From contig NC_068994.1 of assembly GCF_001194135.2 (NCBI RefSeq), positions 40,668,325 to 40,732,324 of the forward strand: a DNA stretch of 64,000 nucleotides, read 5' to 3'. Positions within the stretch are counted from its first letter, which is position 1. Every line of letters begins with the position of its first letter. A program made the translations under genes and the position numbers. Under the pieces are notes generated by a model. The model saw only the letters and a program-made list of their open reading frames with translations. It was not told the origin of the DNA and made no database searches. Below, piece by piece: positions 14,198-26,731 of the stretch. The DNA is from Octopus bimaculoides (taxonomy: Eukaryota).

Positions 14198-17154
14198 NNN
14201 NNNNNNNNNNNNNNNNNNNNNNNNNNNNNNNNNNNNNNNNNNNNNNNNNNNNNNNNNNNNNNNNNNNNNNNNNNNNNNNNNNNNNNNNNNNNNNNNNNNN
14301 NNNNNNNNNNNNNNNNNNNNNNNNNNNNNNNNNNNNNNNNNNNNNNNNNNNNNNNNNNNNNNNNNNNNNNNNNNNNNNNNNNNNNNNNNNNNNNNNNNNN
14401 NNNNNNNNNNNNNNNNNNNNNNNNNNNNNNNNNNNNNNNNNNNNNNNNNNNNNNNNNNNNNNNNNNNNNNNNNNNNNNNNNNNNNNNNNNNNNNNNNNNN
14501 NNNNNNNNNNNNNNNNNNNNNNNNNNNNNNNNNNNNNNNNNNNNNNNNNNNNNNNNNNNNNNNNNNNNNNNNNNNNNNNNNNNNNNNNNNNNNNNNNNNN
14601 NNNNNNNNNNNNNNNNNNNNNNNNNNNNNNNNNNNNNNNNNNNNNNNNNNNNNNNNNNNNNNNNNNNNNNNNNNNNNNNNNNNNNNNNNNNNNNNNNNNN
14701 NNNNNNNNNNNNNNNNNNNNNNNNNNNNNNNNNNNNNNNNNNNNNNNNNNNNNNNNNNNNNNNNNNNNNNNNNNNNNNNNNNNNNNNNNNNNNNNNNNNN
14801 NNNNNNNNNNNNNNNNNNNNNNNNNNNNNNNNNNNNNNNNNNNNNNNNNNNNNNNNNNNNNNNNNNNNNNNNNNNNNNNNNNNNNNNNNNNNNNNNNNNN
14901 NNNNNNNNNNNNNNNNNNNNNNNNNNNNNNNNNNNNNNNNNNNNNNNNNNNNNNNNNNNNNNNNNNNNNNNNNNNNNNNNNNNNNNNNNNNNNNNNNNNN
15001 NATATATGTATATCATTTGTATATATATATATGATAAAAGTTTACCTTTTATGCTGTTGCAAATACATAACATTTTTCATTTAAAAAGAAAACATTTAGA
15101 TAGAGGAAATAAGACTTGAGTAAAAGTTAATGTCAAAGTTATTCAAATGAAGATAGTGTGTGCAAATGTGAATATTTTTGTGTATGTGTGTCTGTGTGTG
15201 CATGTGGTCTGTGTCTCTGTACATGTGTTTGTGTGTGTGTATGTGTGTGTGAGTATACATATGGGTGAGTGAACAGGTATTTTGGTTCCAGGGTCTAAAA
15301 GTGTTTATCGGTATACGCATGAAAGTTTTATATGTGTGTGCTTGTTGGTCTTTATTTGCAATTGAATTCACACGAAAAATATATGTTAGTGTATGTGTGT
15401 GAGTGTGTAGATGCATATGTGTGTGGGTATGAGTGTGTTTGTACATACTCATGCTAATCACTAATGAAATATTTACAATATTCCATAATTAATAACATTT
15501 CATTATCTATTCCAAGTTACCCAATGATAATAAAGAATACAGAAAAATGAATTTTTGCATATATTTTTGTATTGCTTTTTATAAATTTTCCATTTTTATA
15601 AAAAAATATTCTTTGGGTATTCTTTGAAGTTTTGTTGTCTCTATAGATTTGCTTTAAAAAAATGCTGATATTCATTATTTTTGTACATCTTTATACACAT
15701 TCGTTGACACAAAAATAGTTGTATGGTTTAGAGGTTTGCTCCACAACTATGTGGTGTATGGGTTTGAACATACTGCAAGGCACTTTGGGAAAATATTTTC
15801 TACCATACCTTAAATTCGAATTCTCGAACAATATTTTGTAAGTAGAATTTCATGCAAGAAAACTGAGGATAATGTGCTGAATTTGATAAGATTGAACTTA
15901 AAATAAATTTTAATATGCACACACACACACACATATGTGCTTGTATGTGTACAGTGTGTGCACATGTTTGTGTGTATGTGTGCACATGTTTGAGTGAGTG
16001 TGTGTGTAGATGGGCATTTAACTTTCATTCACGTACAGAGATGAAGGTTATAAACATTGGTGAGTAAAGCAGATAACAATTGGTATATGAATAAAGTGAA
16101 TTAAGATATATGTTGCACATTGGGGTACAGCCACTTCCTTGCTATTCCCACATTCAGAAATACAACAAACCAACTTCTGGCATGTTGTTGACTTGTAACT
16201 TACATTGCTGTTGTTTGTAAGTCACTAATATATACTTTTTTAACAAGCTCACTGGCTAATAGCAACACCAACACCTGTTCTGGCACTGTTCTTCTATATA
16301 TTACTAGCAGGGAGATGAAGCGTTGCTATCTCTAGCAGTTCAGCATCTATCATTGACAACACCAAGGAAGGTCGAAATCACGTGATCTGGTAGTCTTGGT
16401 GCTGGAGGTGGTAGGAATTTATGTTCTCCCAAGCAATATAAACAAGAGCGCATTTTGCAGTAAACGCTTATATGAAAGATTCTCACATGTTAACTACCAC
16501 AGTATAGTTTGTTCTAACAGAACATCTACTTTTAAGTGAGGATAAATATTATCTCTTGGTATTAATACTGCCTCTGTCACTACTATATATTATTTAGTAA
16601 GTTGTAATATACAACGAAGAAAGATTTGGTTAAGTATAATGGTGTATTTGGAGTGTATGTCAATTTCTAAATTATTTTAACTTGGGTGCCAATATTTTAT
16701 CTTTTCCATTCCAATAAACCATTGTTGATTTACTATTGGTGGAAGCTTCAGCATGCTGTTACTAACTTGATTATCACTGACTATAGACAAGGCTGTGAGT
16801 ATCATATAACAGTATTATAGGCCTAAAAGCAAAGCACTGCACTAGAGCCTATAGTATTTAGTTATTGAAAACAAGACATAGCATATATAGATCAACATAT
16901 AAGGTCCCCTATGCCTATAAGGTCTGTGAGCCATGGACTAGTGTGCTTATACCTTAAAACAGCATAGACCATAGAGTTACTTGCCCATAATGATCAGCTG
17001 TGAGTTGGATAGGTTGCTCTTGTGTTTGTGAGATTAGCCCTGGTTATTGACACCTTGGTTGAATTTAAACTCCGAAAGCCAATTATATGTACTATGAAGT
17101 ATATCATACTATTTTGAAAATAATTCTGCTGATCAACATCCACTCCCCTAGAAA

Positions 17155-17275
17155 TGGTGTTTTATCGATGTCAAATTGCTGAATGGTAAAGCTGACCTTG
17201 AGGAGATTTTGAGCGTAGAGAGCTGGAAGAATACCACAAAATATTATGTCCACCACTCTTATGATTCTGCCAATT
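17155..17275 (-). mobile_element. SINE family A fragment
   Basis: Reverse complement of the family A head and core (aatggtaaagctgaccttgaggagatttt...gattctgcca). Confidence 0.65.
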
Positions 17276-18554
17276 CTTGGTTTGTACATTCATAGCTAGG
17301 CAAAAAGGAAAAAAAATTGTTTTTGTTTCTTTCCAAAACTGGAACTCAAGGATTGCTGCAGAATGCCAGACACGAAGGAAAAAATCAGCAAAAAAGGACA
17401 AAAAAAAAAAAAAAAAAAAAAAAGAACATGAACAATTTTGAGATTGAATAGAAATGATTTTATTTTCATATATTAATATAAATTTGTTGTGAGCTGTATA
17501 TATACTCTTATGCATGTATCTTAGAATACACACATGCACACAAACACACACACGTACATACACTCCATGCACACACATACACACCATACACATGCACATG
17601 TGCACAAACACACACACACACACACACACCACATCTATACACATACACATATATAATTCAGTGTTTCATGTTCAGTGCAAATTTATTGGCTGTAATAGGC
17701 ATGAATGAGTGTGCATGTATGTATATGTATTTACGTGTGTGCATGTATGTATATGTATTTACGTGTGTGCATGTATATATGTGTGAGTGTGTATATAAGT
17801 CTCTATGACTATATATCTATACTCAAATATATACATATATCTATATATCTTTATCTATATATACATTATGTACACAAACACATACACTCATACTTATATG
17901 TACATACACTTACAGGTGTGTGTATGTGTGTGCGCATGTATTTATATTCTACCTGTACTATCACATATTCCAGAGATATGAGATTATACCTCTAGGTGTA
18001 CAAAGGTGTACAATAATTATTTATATTTACAGATATGCAGACATAGACATGCATATACACATGCATGTGCATGCACACAGAACATGTGAATGTACATACA
18101 TATATGTGTATGTGTGTATGTGTCAACATGAAACTCAGAGTAGTGATGGAGGGAATAGCCAGCCTCTTACACATAATTACTTACAAGATACCTTGAGTAC
18201 ATTTTCACTTGCTTGTGTAATAAAAGAAAAAAAATAAATCTTAATACCGTTATATATNNNNNNNNNNNNNNNNNNNNNNNNNNNNNNNNNNNNNNNNNNN
18301 NNNNNNNNNNNNNNNNNNNNNNNNNNNNNNNNNNNNNNNNNNNNNNNNNNNNNNNNNNNNNNNNNNNNNNNNNNNNNNNNNNNNNNNNNNNNNNNNNNNN
18401 NNNNNNNNNNNNNNNNNNNNNNNNNNNNNNNNNNNNNNNNNNNNNNNNNNNNNNNNNNNNNNNNNNNNNNNNNNNNNNNNNNNNNNNNNNNNNNNNNNNN
18501 NNNNNNNNNNNNNNNNNNNNNNNNNNNNNNNNNNNNNNNNNNNNNNNNNNNNNN

Positions 18555-18593
<39 letters not shown>

Positions 18594-18598
<5 letters not shown>

Positions 18599-19898
18599 TG
18601 GGTGGAAATTAACTAGGCATTAGAAATTGGTTGTAGAATTTTTAGTATCACTGCTGTCATGACAAAAACATTTTTTTAAAGCAGACAACACTAATGGGAA
18701 CTTCTTATTTTCTTATTGTCTTATTTCTTATTTCTTATTTTCCAGATGGCCAGTTGCTTGACTGTTCAGAAGCGAGCTAAGATAGCAGCACACTATGAAG
18801 TGTGGGATTCCATTGTTTTGGTTCAGAGATGGTGGCGTGCATGGAAAGTTAAGCATGCAACACTATGCCTGGAGACAATCAGAAATTGTCATCCAAAGCT
18901 GATGACCACAGGCTCTGTAAACGATGCAAGAAGTGGCCATCCAACGACATCCCACTCAGTGGAGAATGTGGCAACAGTGCGGGAAATATTTAATCATAGC
19001 CCACAGAAATCAGCATATCAAGCATCTTGTGAAAGTGGACTAACAAGACACACAATATGTATAGGTGTTGCATAAAGGATTGAATTTTTGTGTGTGGAAA
19101 TGCTATAACATACAGGAGCTAAAACTTGAAGGCTGTGACTACAATATGGAATAGGGAATATGGAGACTTAATGCTAGGTTGGCATGAAGATTGGCCTGAA
19201 TTATTTGAAAACATCAACTGGAGTGACAAGGCTGTATTCCATGTTGGTGGTTTCATCTGCCGTTACTGAGCATTATGTGATAAGGATCCAAAGATGATAG
19301 TTGAGAGGATGCAAGCTCAACCAAAAGTGACAGTGTGGAGCAGAATGATGATAACAAGAGTTATCAGCCCATATCTTCTGTGTGACACCATGAATACAGA
19401 CTGCTATTTTCAGATGCTCGAAAATTACATGTGACCCACGGTGTCTAGCTGGGATAACATTGATGACTTGATTTTCATGCAGGATGGTGCACCACCCCAT
19501 TTTGCTCTTACTGTGCAGGCACAGTTAGACCAAACCTTCCTAGGATAATGCAGACCTCATGAATGGCCTCCAAGAAGTCCAGATATCATTCCATGTGATA
19601 TTTACCTGTGGGGTTAAACAAAAGAGGTGTAGAAGACAAAACCTTACACACTGGAGGACTTGGAGACACAGATTCAGGAGGTTCTCAATGATATCGCAGA
19701 CAACACCCTTCAGAAGGCTGTTCATTCCATCCCTGGCCATTTGAGGAAACTAGTTGACACCACTGGTGCTTACATTGAAATATGAAGATATACTTTCATT
19801 TTCCCATGTAATAAAGAACATGTATAATTTGTTTCAATAAATTTGTAAAAGGAATATGGATTTTATTGTTGATTTTTAATGCCTACTTACTTTTCACC

Positions 19899-19905
<7 letters not shown>
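18594..19905 (+). mobile_element. Decayed Tc1/mariner DNA transposon (DD41D/rosa-like or maT-like), ~1.3 kb
   Basis: Imperfect ~35-bp TIRs: cagagtgggtggaaattaactaggcattagaaatt (18594-18628) and gatttttaatgcctacttacttttcacccattcta (19871-19905). (TA)n lies on both sides. Internal transposase remnant. Confidence 0.92.
18746..19785 (+). pseudogene. Tc1/mariner transposase pseudogene
   Basis: MASCLTVQKRAKIAAHYE...TGSVNDARSGHPTTS (HTH region), WSDKAVFHVGG (first D), FMQDGAPPHF (second D), WPPRSPDIIPCDIYLWG (third D), ...TGAYIEI*. Multiple stops and frameshifts. Confidence 0.92.
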
Positions 19906-19956
<51 letters not shown>

Positions 19957-20092
19957 ATACATACATAAATATATATATATATATACATAAATATATATAT
20001 ATATACACATATATACACATACATACATATATATATATACACTCATATATATAAATGTATATATACAATACATATCTATCTATCTATCTATA

Positions 20093-20129
<37 letters not shown>

Positions 20130-20811
20130 CAATATACATATACACACACATATATATTCATGTACACATATCTATATGTATGTATTTACGTATGTATGTA
20201 TGTATGTATATACCTACATATATCACATGTACCACAGGGAGAGAGGGAGAGAATGAGAGACAAGGAGATGTGCATATCATGGGATAGATGATGTGCTGAA
20301 TTCTCTGATGTTCATATATATATGAAGAAATATTAAACATTATACTGATGTAAGTAGGATGGAAAATAAATAATAAACTTGCTAACAAGACCAAATTAAT
20401 TATCAAGTATTTTCTGAATGACTAGAACTTTAACTGAAATTTTTAAGTCCATAAGGATCTGGTTCATTTGACATGTAGTTAAATCACCATCGTCTTAACA
20501 GCTAACAGTATGGAAAACTATTTCACTTTGACTCAACGATTTCAATATGAACTAATTCAATAAATATAAACATAAATTAGCAAAAAAATATTTTTTTAAA
20601 AATATAAATGTTTGATGATTATTCTAATATGAGGTTGAAAGATATGTTTTAAAAATTTGGTTAAATAGTATAGAAAGTGAATTTTAGGAAGAGCAGGAGG
20701 TAGAGTCAGAGTAATAATAATTGCAATGCAGTTACCTAGCTGGGATATTTATGTACTCTGTGTCCTGTCAGTGAGTTGGTGAAATGGGATTAACTCTTGT
20801 AAGTATACATA

Positions 20812-20844
<33 letters not shown>

Positions 20845-21316
20845 NNNNNNNNNNNNNNNNNNNNNNNNNNNNNNNNNNNNNNNNNNNNNNNNNNNNNNNN
20901 NNNNNNNNNNNNNNNNNNNNNNNNNNNNNNNNNNNNNNNNNNNNNNNNNNNNNNNNNNNNNNNNNNNNNNNNNNNNNNNNNNNNNNNNNNNNNNNNNNNN
21001 NNNNNNNNNNNNNNNNNNNNNNNNNNNNNNNNNNNNNNNNNNNNNNNNNNNNNNNNNNNNNNNNNNNNNNNNNNNNNNNNNNNNNNNNNNNNNNNNNNNN
21101 NNNNNNNNNNNNNNNNNNNNNNNNNNNNNNNNNNNNNNNNNNNNNNNNNNNNNNNNNNNNNNNNNNNNNNNNNNNNNNNNNNNNNNNNNNNNNNNNNNNN
21201 NNNNNNNNNNNNNNNNNNNNNNNNNNNNNNNNNNNNNNNNNNNNNNNNNNNNNNNNNNNNNNNNNNNNNNNNNNNNNNNNNNNNNNNNNNNNNNNNNNNN
21301 NNNNNNNNNNNNNNNN

Positions 21317-21373
<57 letters not shown>

Positions 21374-22129
21374 GGAGAGAGATTGAGAGAGTGAGAGAGA
21401 AACATGATCTAACTGAAGGTATTGTGTAAAACTCATGCACACAGATGTTCATAAGAAATACAAGACTGTGTGCATGTATGTTTTATGTTATTGAAAGGAG
21501 TGTATATAATTTGTTCATACATGTACATGTGCGAATGAAATATCTTTGTATATGTGTTTTAGATGTTTTAAGAGAGCAGAACATTTTTCAGTCAGGTAAC
21601 AACCTATCAATATAAAAAAAAATACATAAATGTTTTTCACATACCATTTGATAAATAAATAGTTATAGACACATGCTCTGTTCTCTCCCTCACTCCCTCT
21701 CTCCCTCTGTCTGTCTCTGTAACTATCTATCTATCTCACATACTAGACTCACACATATACTTAAAGAAGAAAATTCACTGATTCGTGTTGAAATATATAT
21801 ATATATATAAACATACACTTACATACATATGCATGAATATGTATGTGTATTTAAACAATAAAAATATAATGTTGAGGCATTTTAAATCCACATTTTCTTT
21901 TATTTATTTTAAATTTAATACTCATATTATACACTTTTTTTTTCTTTTTCAGCTAGAATCTACACTATATTTTTATCTCATTCTCTTCTCTTTGACAATT
22001 TTTCTCCTCAGTTTTTTAATCGTATTTATATTTTTACATCTATGTTACTGCACTTTTTACCGGTTTCCATTTGTTTCTGAGGTTTTTCTCCTCTTCCTTG
22101 CACACACACGCAAGTGTTTGTGTTTGTAT

Positions 22130-22273
22130 TTTATGTATGTATCCATGTATGTATGTTTGTATATATAAGTACATATATATATATATTTGTATATACATAG
22201 AAGTATATAATATATATTCATATATATATATACATATATATATGCATGTATATATACATCTAAGGATATATAA

Positions 22274-22329
<56 letters not shown>

Positions 22330-22888
22330 GTGTATATAAAACTGTGTGTGTGTTTAGATGTGTGTTTGTCTGCATTTAAGGATTGTGTAAAAGTTGTGTT
22401 TGTGAGTGGTATGTTTAAAATTCTTTTTCTTTTCTTCATTTTTTTCAATGGGGTTCATACATTTTGTTTGTTTAGTTAACACTTCTTTTATTCCTTTTGT
22501 TGCCCAATGAACTTTGCTGGTGAAGTGGAGAAAAATTCCGAGGCTGAGCTGATGTAGTGTATGCATATGTAGTAGTGTATGAATAGGTGTATATGTTGTT
22601 AGGTGTATAGTAATATGTGTAGTTATATATCTAGTTGCATGAGTAGGTGCTTTTGTAGTTGTGTATATATGTATATAGTAGTAAGTGTGTAATTGCATAC
22701 TTATATGTATGAAGTTGTTATATGATACACACATATGCATGATGTATATGTGTGATGCGTGAGATGTAAGCGTATGATGTATAGTGTGTGCTATGTAGGC
22801 AGCTAGGAGGGAATGATGAGAAGCAATGGAATAATTTCACATCAACAAAAATGCAATAAAATCTATGCATATAAATGCATACTCACAT

Positions 22889-22964
<76 letters not shown>

Positions 22965-23149
22965 GTATATATGTATATATATACATATCTATATACATGT
23001 ATATGTATTTTTGTATATATGTGCAATGTATGCGTTTATATGCATAGATTTTATTGCATTTATATATATACATATATATGTATGCATATATATGTGTGTG
23101 TCTATGCATACACACATACACATACGTATATACATATATATATGTGTGC

Positions 23150-23188
<39 letters not shown>

Positions 23189-23190
23189 TA
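22130..23190. repeat. Long degenerate (TA)n/(CA)n/(TATG)n low-complexity region
   Basis: Direct reading. Comparable tracts occur throughout (e.g. 19905-20220, 37570-38000, 49190-49990, 56110-56400). Confidence 0.9.
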
Positions 23191-23520
23191 TCTTATTTGC
23201 TTGTTTGTTTAATGCACATCAAATGCAACGGCACGCACTCAGTTGATGGATTATTGCAAGTATTTCTACAGAACTGATATCCATTCCAATATATATTGGT
23301 GTCTTTTCGTGTGAGAGTGTCTGTCAGTATACATTGGTGTGTTGATGCTGGCATTGTGCATCGGTGGGATTATATATGTGTGCTGTGTGTGCTTTCTCTT
23401 TCTTCTCTCGATATCCTCTATCTTTTTTTTTTCCTTTCTTTGCTTTGTTTCTTTTTTTTGTAGCATGTGTTATTTCTTTTGTTATGCTATTGTTATTAAT
23501 GTTAGTGCTACTGATGTCAC

Positions 23521-23727
23521 TGTTGTTGTTGTTGTTATTGGTGGTGGTGGCGGTGGTAGTGGTGGTTGTGGCGGTAGCAGTGCTGCTGCTGTTGCTTGTT
23601 GTTGTTGAAGAAGATAATTTTGTGGTGATTTTAGTAGTTGTTTTTTCCTCGATGTTTGTTAGTAATAATGATGATAATGGTAGTTGTTATTGTTTCCACT
23701 GATAATTTCATTGCATTTTGTTGTTGT
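23521..23727 (+). repeat. 207-bp exact direct repeat, copy 1 (within a GTT/GCT/GGT-rich tract)
   Basis: Identical to 24958-25164 (offset 1437). Confidence 0.9.
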
Positions 23728-24957
23728 TGCTGTTATGGGAGTGTTTCCTATTGTTTTTAATGTTTTAGCTTTGACAATTGTTATTGCCGATGTTCATATT
23801 GATAATGTAATTATTGTTGCTGCTTATAATATTGTAATTATTATTATAGAAGCTGATAATGCGTTTTATTGATGGGGTTGCAGATAATATGATTATGGTT
23901 AATGTTATTGTTGATTGTGTTGTGATTGTTGCTGGTGGTGATGGATGTGTGATTGTTGTTGCTGTTATTGTTGTATTTGTTGTTGCTGCTGCTGTGATAA
24001 TGTTGATATTGTTGTTGTAGATGATAATGTTGTATTTGTTGTTGCTGCTGCNNNNNNNNNNNNNNNNNNNNNNNNNNNNNNNNNNNNNNNNNNNNNNNNN
24101 NNNNNNNNNNNNNNNNNNNNNNNNNNNNNNNNNNNNNNNNNNNNNNNNNNNNNNNNNNNNNNNNNNNNNNNNNNNNNNNNNNNNNNNNNNNNNNNNNNNN
24201 NNNNNNNNNNNNNNNNNNNNNNNNNNNNNNNNNNNNNNNNNNNNNNNNNNNNNNNNNNNNNNNNNNNNNNNNNNNNNNNNNNNNNNNNNNNNNNNNNNNN
24301 NNNNNNNNNNNNNNNNNNNNNNNNNNNNNNNNNNNNNNNNNNNNNNNNNNNNNNNNNNNNNNNNNNNNNNNNNNNNNNNNNNNNNNNNNNNNNNNNNNNN
24401 NNNNNNNNNNNNNNNNNNNNNNNNNNNNNNNNNNNNNNNNNNNNNNNNNNNNNNNNNNNNNNNNNNNNNNNNNNNNNNNNNNNNNNNNNNNNNNNNNNNN
24501 NNNNNNNNNNNNNNNNNNNNNNNNNNNNNNNNNNNNNNNNNNNNNNNNNNNNNNNNNNNNNNNNNNNNNNNNNNNNNNNNNNNNNNNNNNNNNNNNNNNN
24601 NNNNNNNNNNNNNNNNNNNNNNNNNNNNNNNNNNNNNNNNNNNNNNNNNNNNNNNNNNNNNNNNNNNNNNNNNNNNNNNNNNNNNNNNNNNNNNNNNNNN
24701 NNNNNNNNNNNNNNNNNNNNNNNNNNNNNNNNNNNNNNNNNNNNNNNNNNNNNNNNNNNNNNNNNNNNNNNNNNNNNNNNNNNNNNNNNNNNNNNNNNNN
24801 NNNNNNNNNNNNNNNNNNNNNNNNNNNNNNNNNNNNNNNNNNNNNNNNNNNNNNNNNNNNNNNNNNNNNNNNNNNNNNNNNNNNNNNNNNNNNNNNNNNN
24901 NNNNNNNNNNNNNNNNNNNNNNNNNNNNNNNNNNNNNNNNNNNNNNNNNNNNNNNNN

Positions 24958-25164
24958 TGTTGTTGTTGTTGTTATTGGTGGTGGTGGCGGTGGTAGTGGT
25001 GGTTGTGGCGGTAGCAGTGCTGCTGCTGTTGCTTGTTGTTGTTGAAGAAGATAATTTTGTGGTGATTTTAGTAGTTGTTTTTTCCTCGATGTTTGTTAGT
25101 AATAATGATGATAATGGTAGTTGTTATTGTTTCCACTGATAATTTCATTGCATTTTGTTGTTGT
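24958..25164 (+). repeat. 207-bp exact direct repeat, copy 2
   Basis: Starts immediately after the 24052-24957 gap. Confidence 0.9.
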
Positions 25165-25712
25165 CATTGTTTAGCCCCAGGTCAACCTTTAAGTAGACAT
25201 ATAAAAGAAAACATTACAGCTATGATCATCTTGTTGTTCTTATCTTTTGAGGTATTGTGTATCTTGGATCATAGTATGCAATTTGTACTCTGTTTTTCTT
25301 TTTAAACAGTTGCATTTGATATGAAGAAAGTTTTGCTGCTGTTTTTAGCATGTAAAGAGTCTACATACAGGGATCCCACATCAGCTGGATTATCATGGTT
25401 GTTGTTGCTGTTGCTGTCAGTGATATCAATATTGTTGTTATTATAGTCATTGATAATGTTGTTGGTGTTGATGAGAATGATGTTTGTCACATTGGAGTTT
25501 CTTGTATAAATTCCAGAAAAACAAATTCTTTTAATGTTTTTTATATTGGTATATCTATTTGAATTATATGGTTTTTAATATTCATTTTTTAATATGCTAA
25601 TCTCACAGAATCAATATTTTTATTGTTCATTTATTGGCTCTTGATCACAATATATTACCACACTTATCATCTTGGGAATGTGTGTTGACACATCGATACA
25701 CTTTCCAATTTA

Positions 25713-25758
<46 letters not shown>

Positions 25759-26158
25759 AGTGTGTATATACATATATACATAAATACATAAATACATGTA
25801 TATATTTTTGATATCACCTTGGGAGTGTGTGTTGATATATCAACATACTTTTAAACATGTGTGTGTATATGTGTACATACATAGCTAATATGTGTGTGCA
25901 TATACATATATATAAATATCTATATCTATGTATATAAAATCATATCAACACACACACACACACACACATGTATATGTATATATACACATACGNNNNNNNN
26001 NNNNNNNNNNNNNNNNNNNNNNNNNNNNNNNNNNNNNNNNNNNNNNNNNNNNNNNNNNNNNNNNNNNNNNNNNNNNNNNNNNNNNNNNNNNNNNNNNNNN
26101 NNNNNNNNNNNNNNNNNNNNNNNNNNNNNNNNNNNNNNNNNNNNNNNNNNNNNNNNNN

Positions 26159-26196
<38 letters not shown>

Positions 26197-26376
26197 ACAC
26201 ACACACACACATATATGTATACACATACATTATTCACACACAAACATAAAGTTCACCAACATCACCATCTTTCCTTACTGTAAGCGCTACACACATACAC
26301 ACACGCATACACATACACATCAATAGGGCTAAATAAGTGATTTGATAACTCTCAGAGAACATTTTGTACTGCTTAT

Positions 26377-26642
26377 TTATGGTACTGCAGGTAGAGGTTT
26401 GGTAAATGAGGTGAAACTGTTCTTTGAAGGCAAATTCCATTGCTGTGTTGAAATATTTTGATTGTCACTCTCATCTACTGTTGATTTGGGAAGAAGTGCA
26501 AGTTTGCTGGTAATGTTCTGATCAGGCTTTGCTTGAGAGGAGCTGCTGATACTATTGTTAATTTCTTTACATCGGTTGAATATCTGCGGTATAGGTTTCT
26601 TACCGGTACTCCATAGTTGTTTGCCAAGACTTGATTTCGGAT
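26377..26642 (-). CDS. Pcdh: Probable protocadherin terminal coding exon (D-PKSSLGKQLW...WNLPSKNSFTSFTKPLPAVP*)
   Basis: Acceptor ttttgtattacccgttttcctcag|AT. Read in phase 1 it gives 87 further codons and TAA at 26379-26377. Ser/Pro/Lys-rich with a KPLPAVP end. Unique sequence amid microsatellites. Confidence 0.62.
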
Positions 26643-26731
26643 CTGAGGAAAACGGGTAATACAAAATATATTTGTGGAGGAATACTCAGTTGATATCATG
26701 TGGGTATCACTTGATATCATCATTCTGGAGC
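26475..26731 (-). CDS. Alternative-acceptor, alternative-frame version of the terminal exon (G-SRMMISSDTH...LHFFPNQQ*)
   Basis: Acceptor attgtattctttaatccag|GC lies 89 nt upstream of the 26642 acceptor. Phase-1 reading is open for 84 codons in a different frame. Confidence 0.3.

Noticed and set aside
12746-15119. Long ORFs containing X runs (also around other gaps)
   Set aside because: Artefacts of N gaps flanked by (TA)n/(CA)n.
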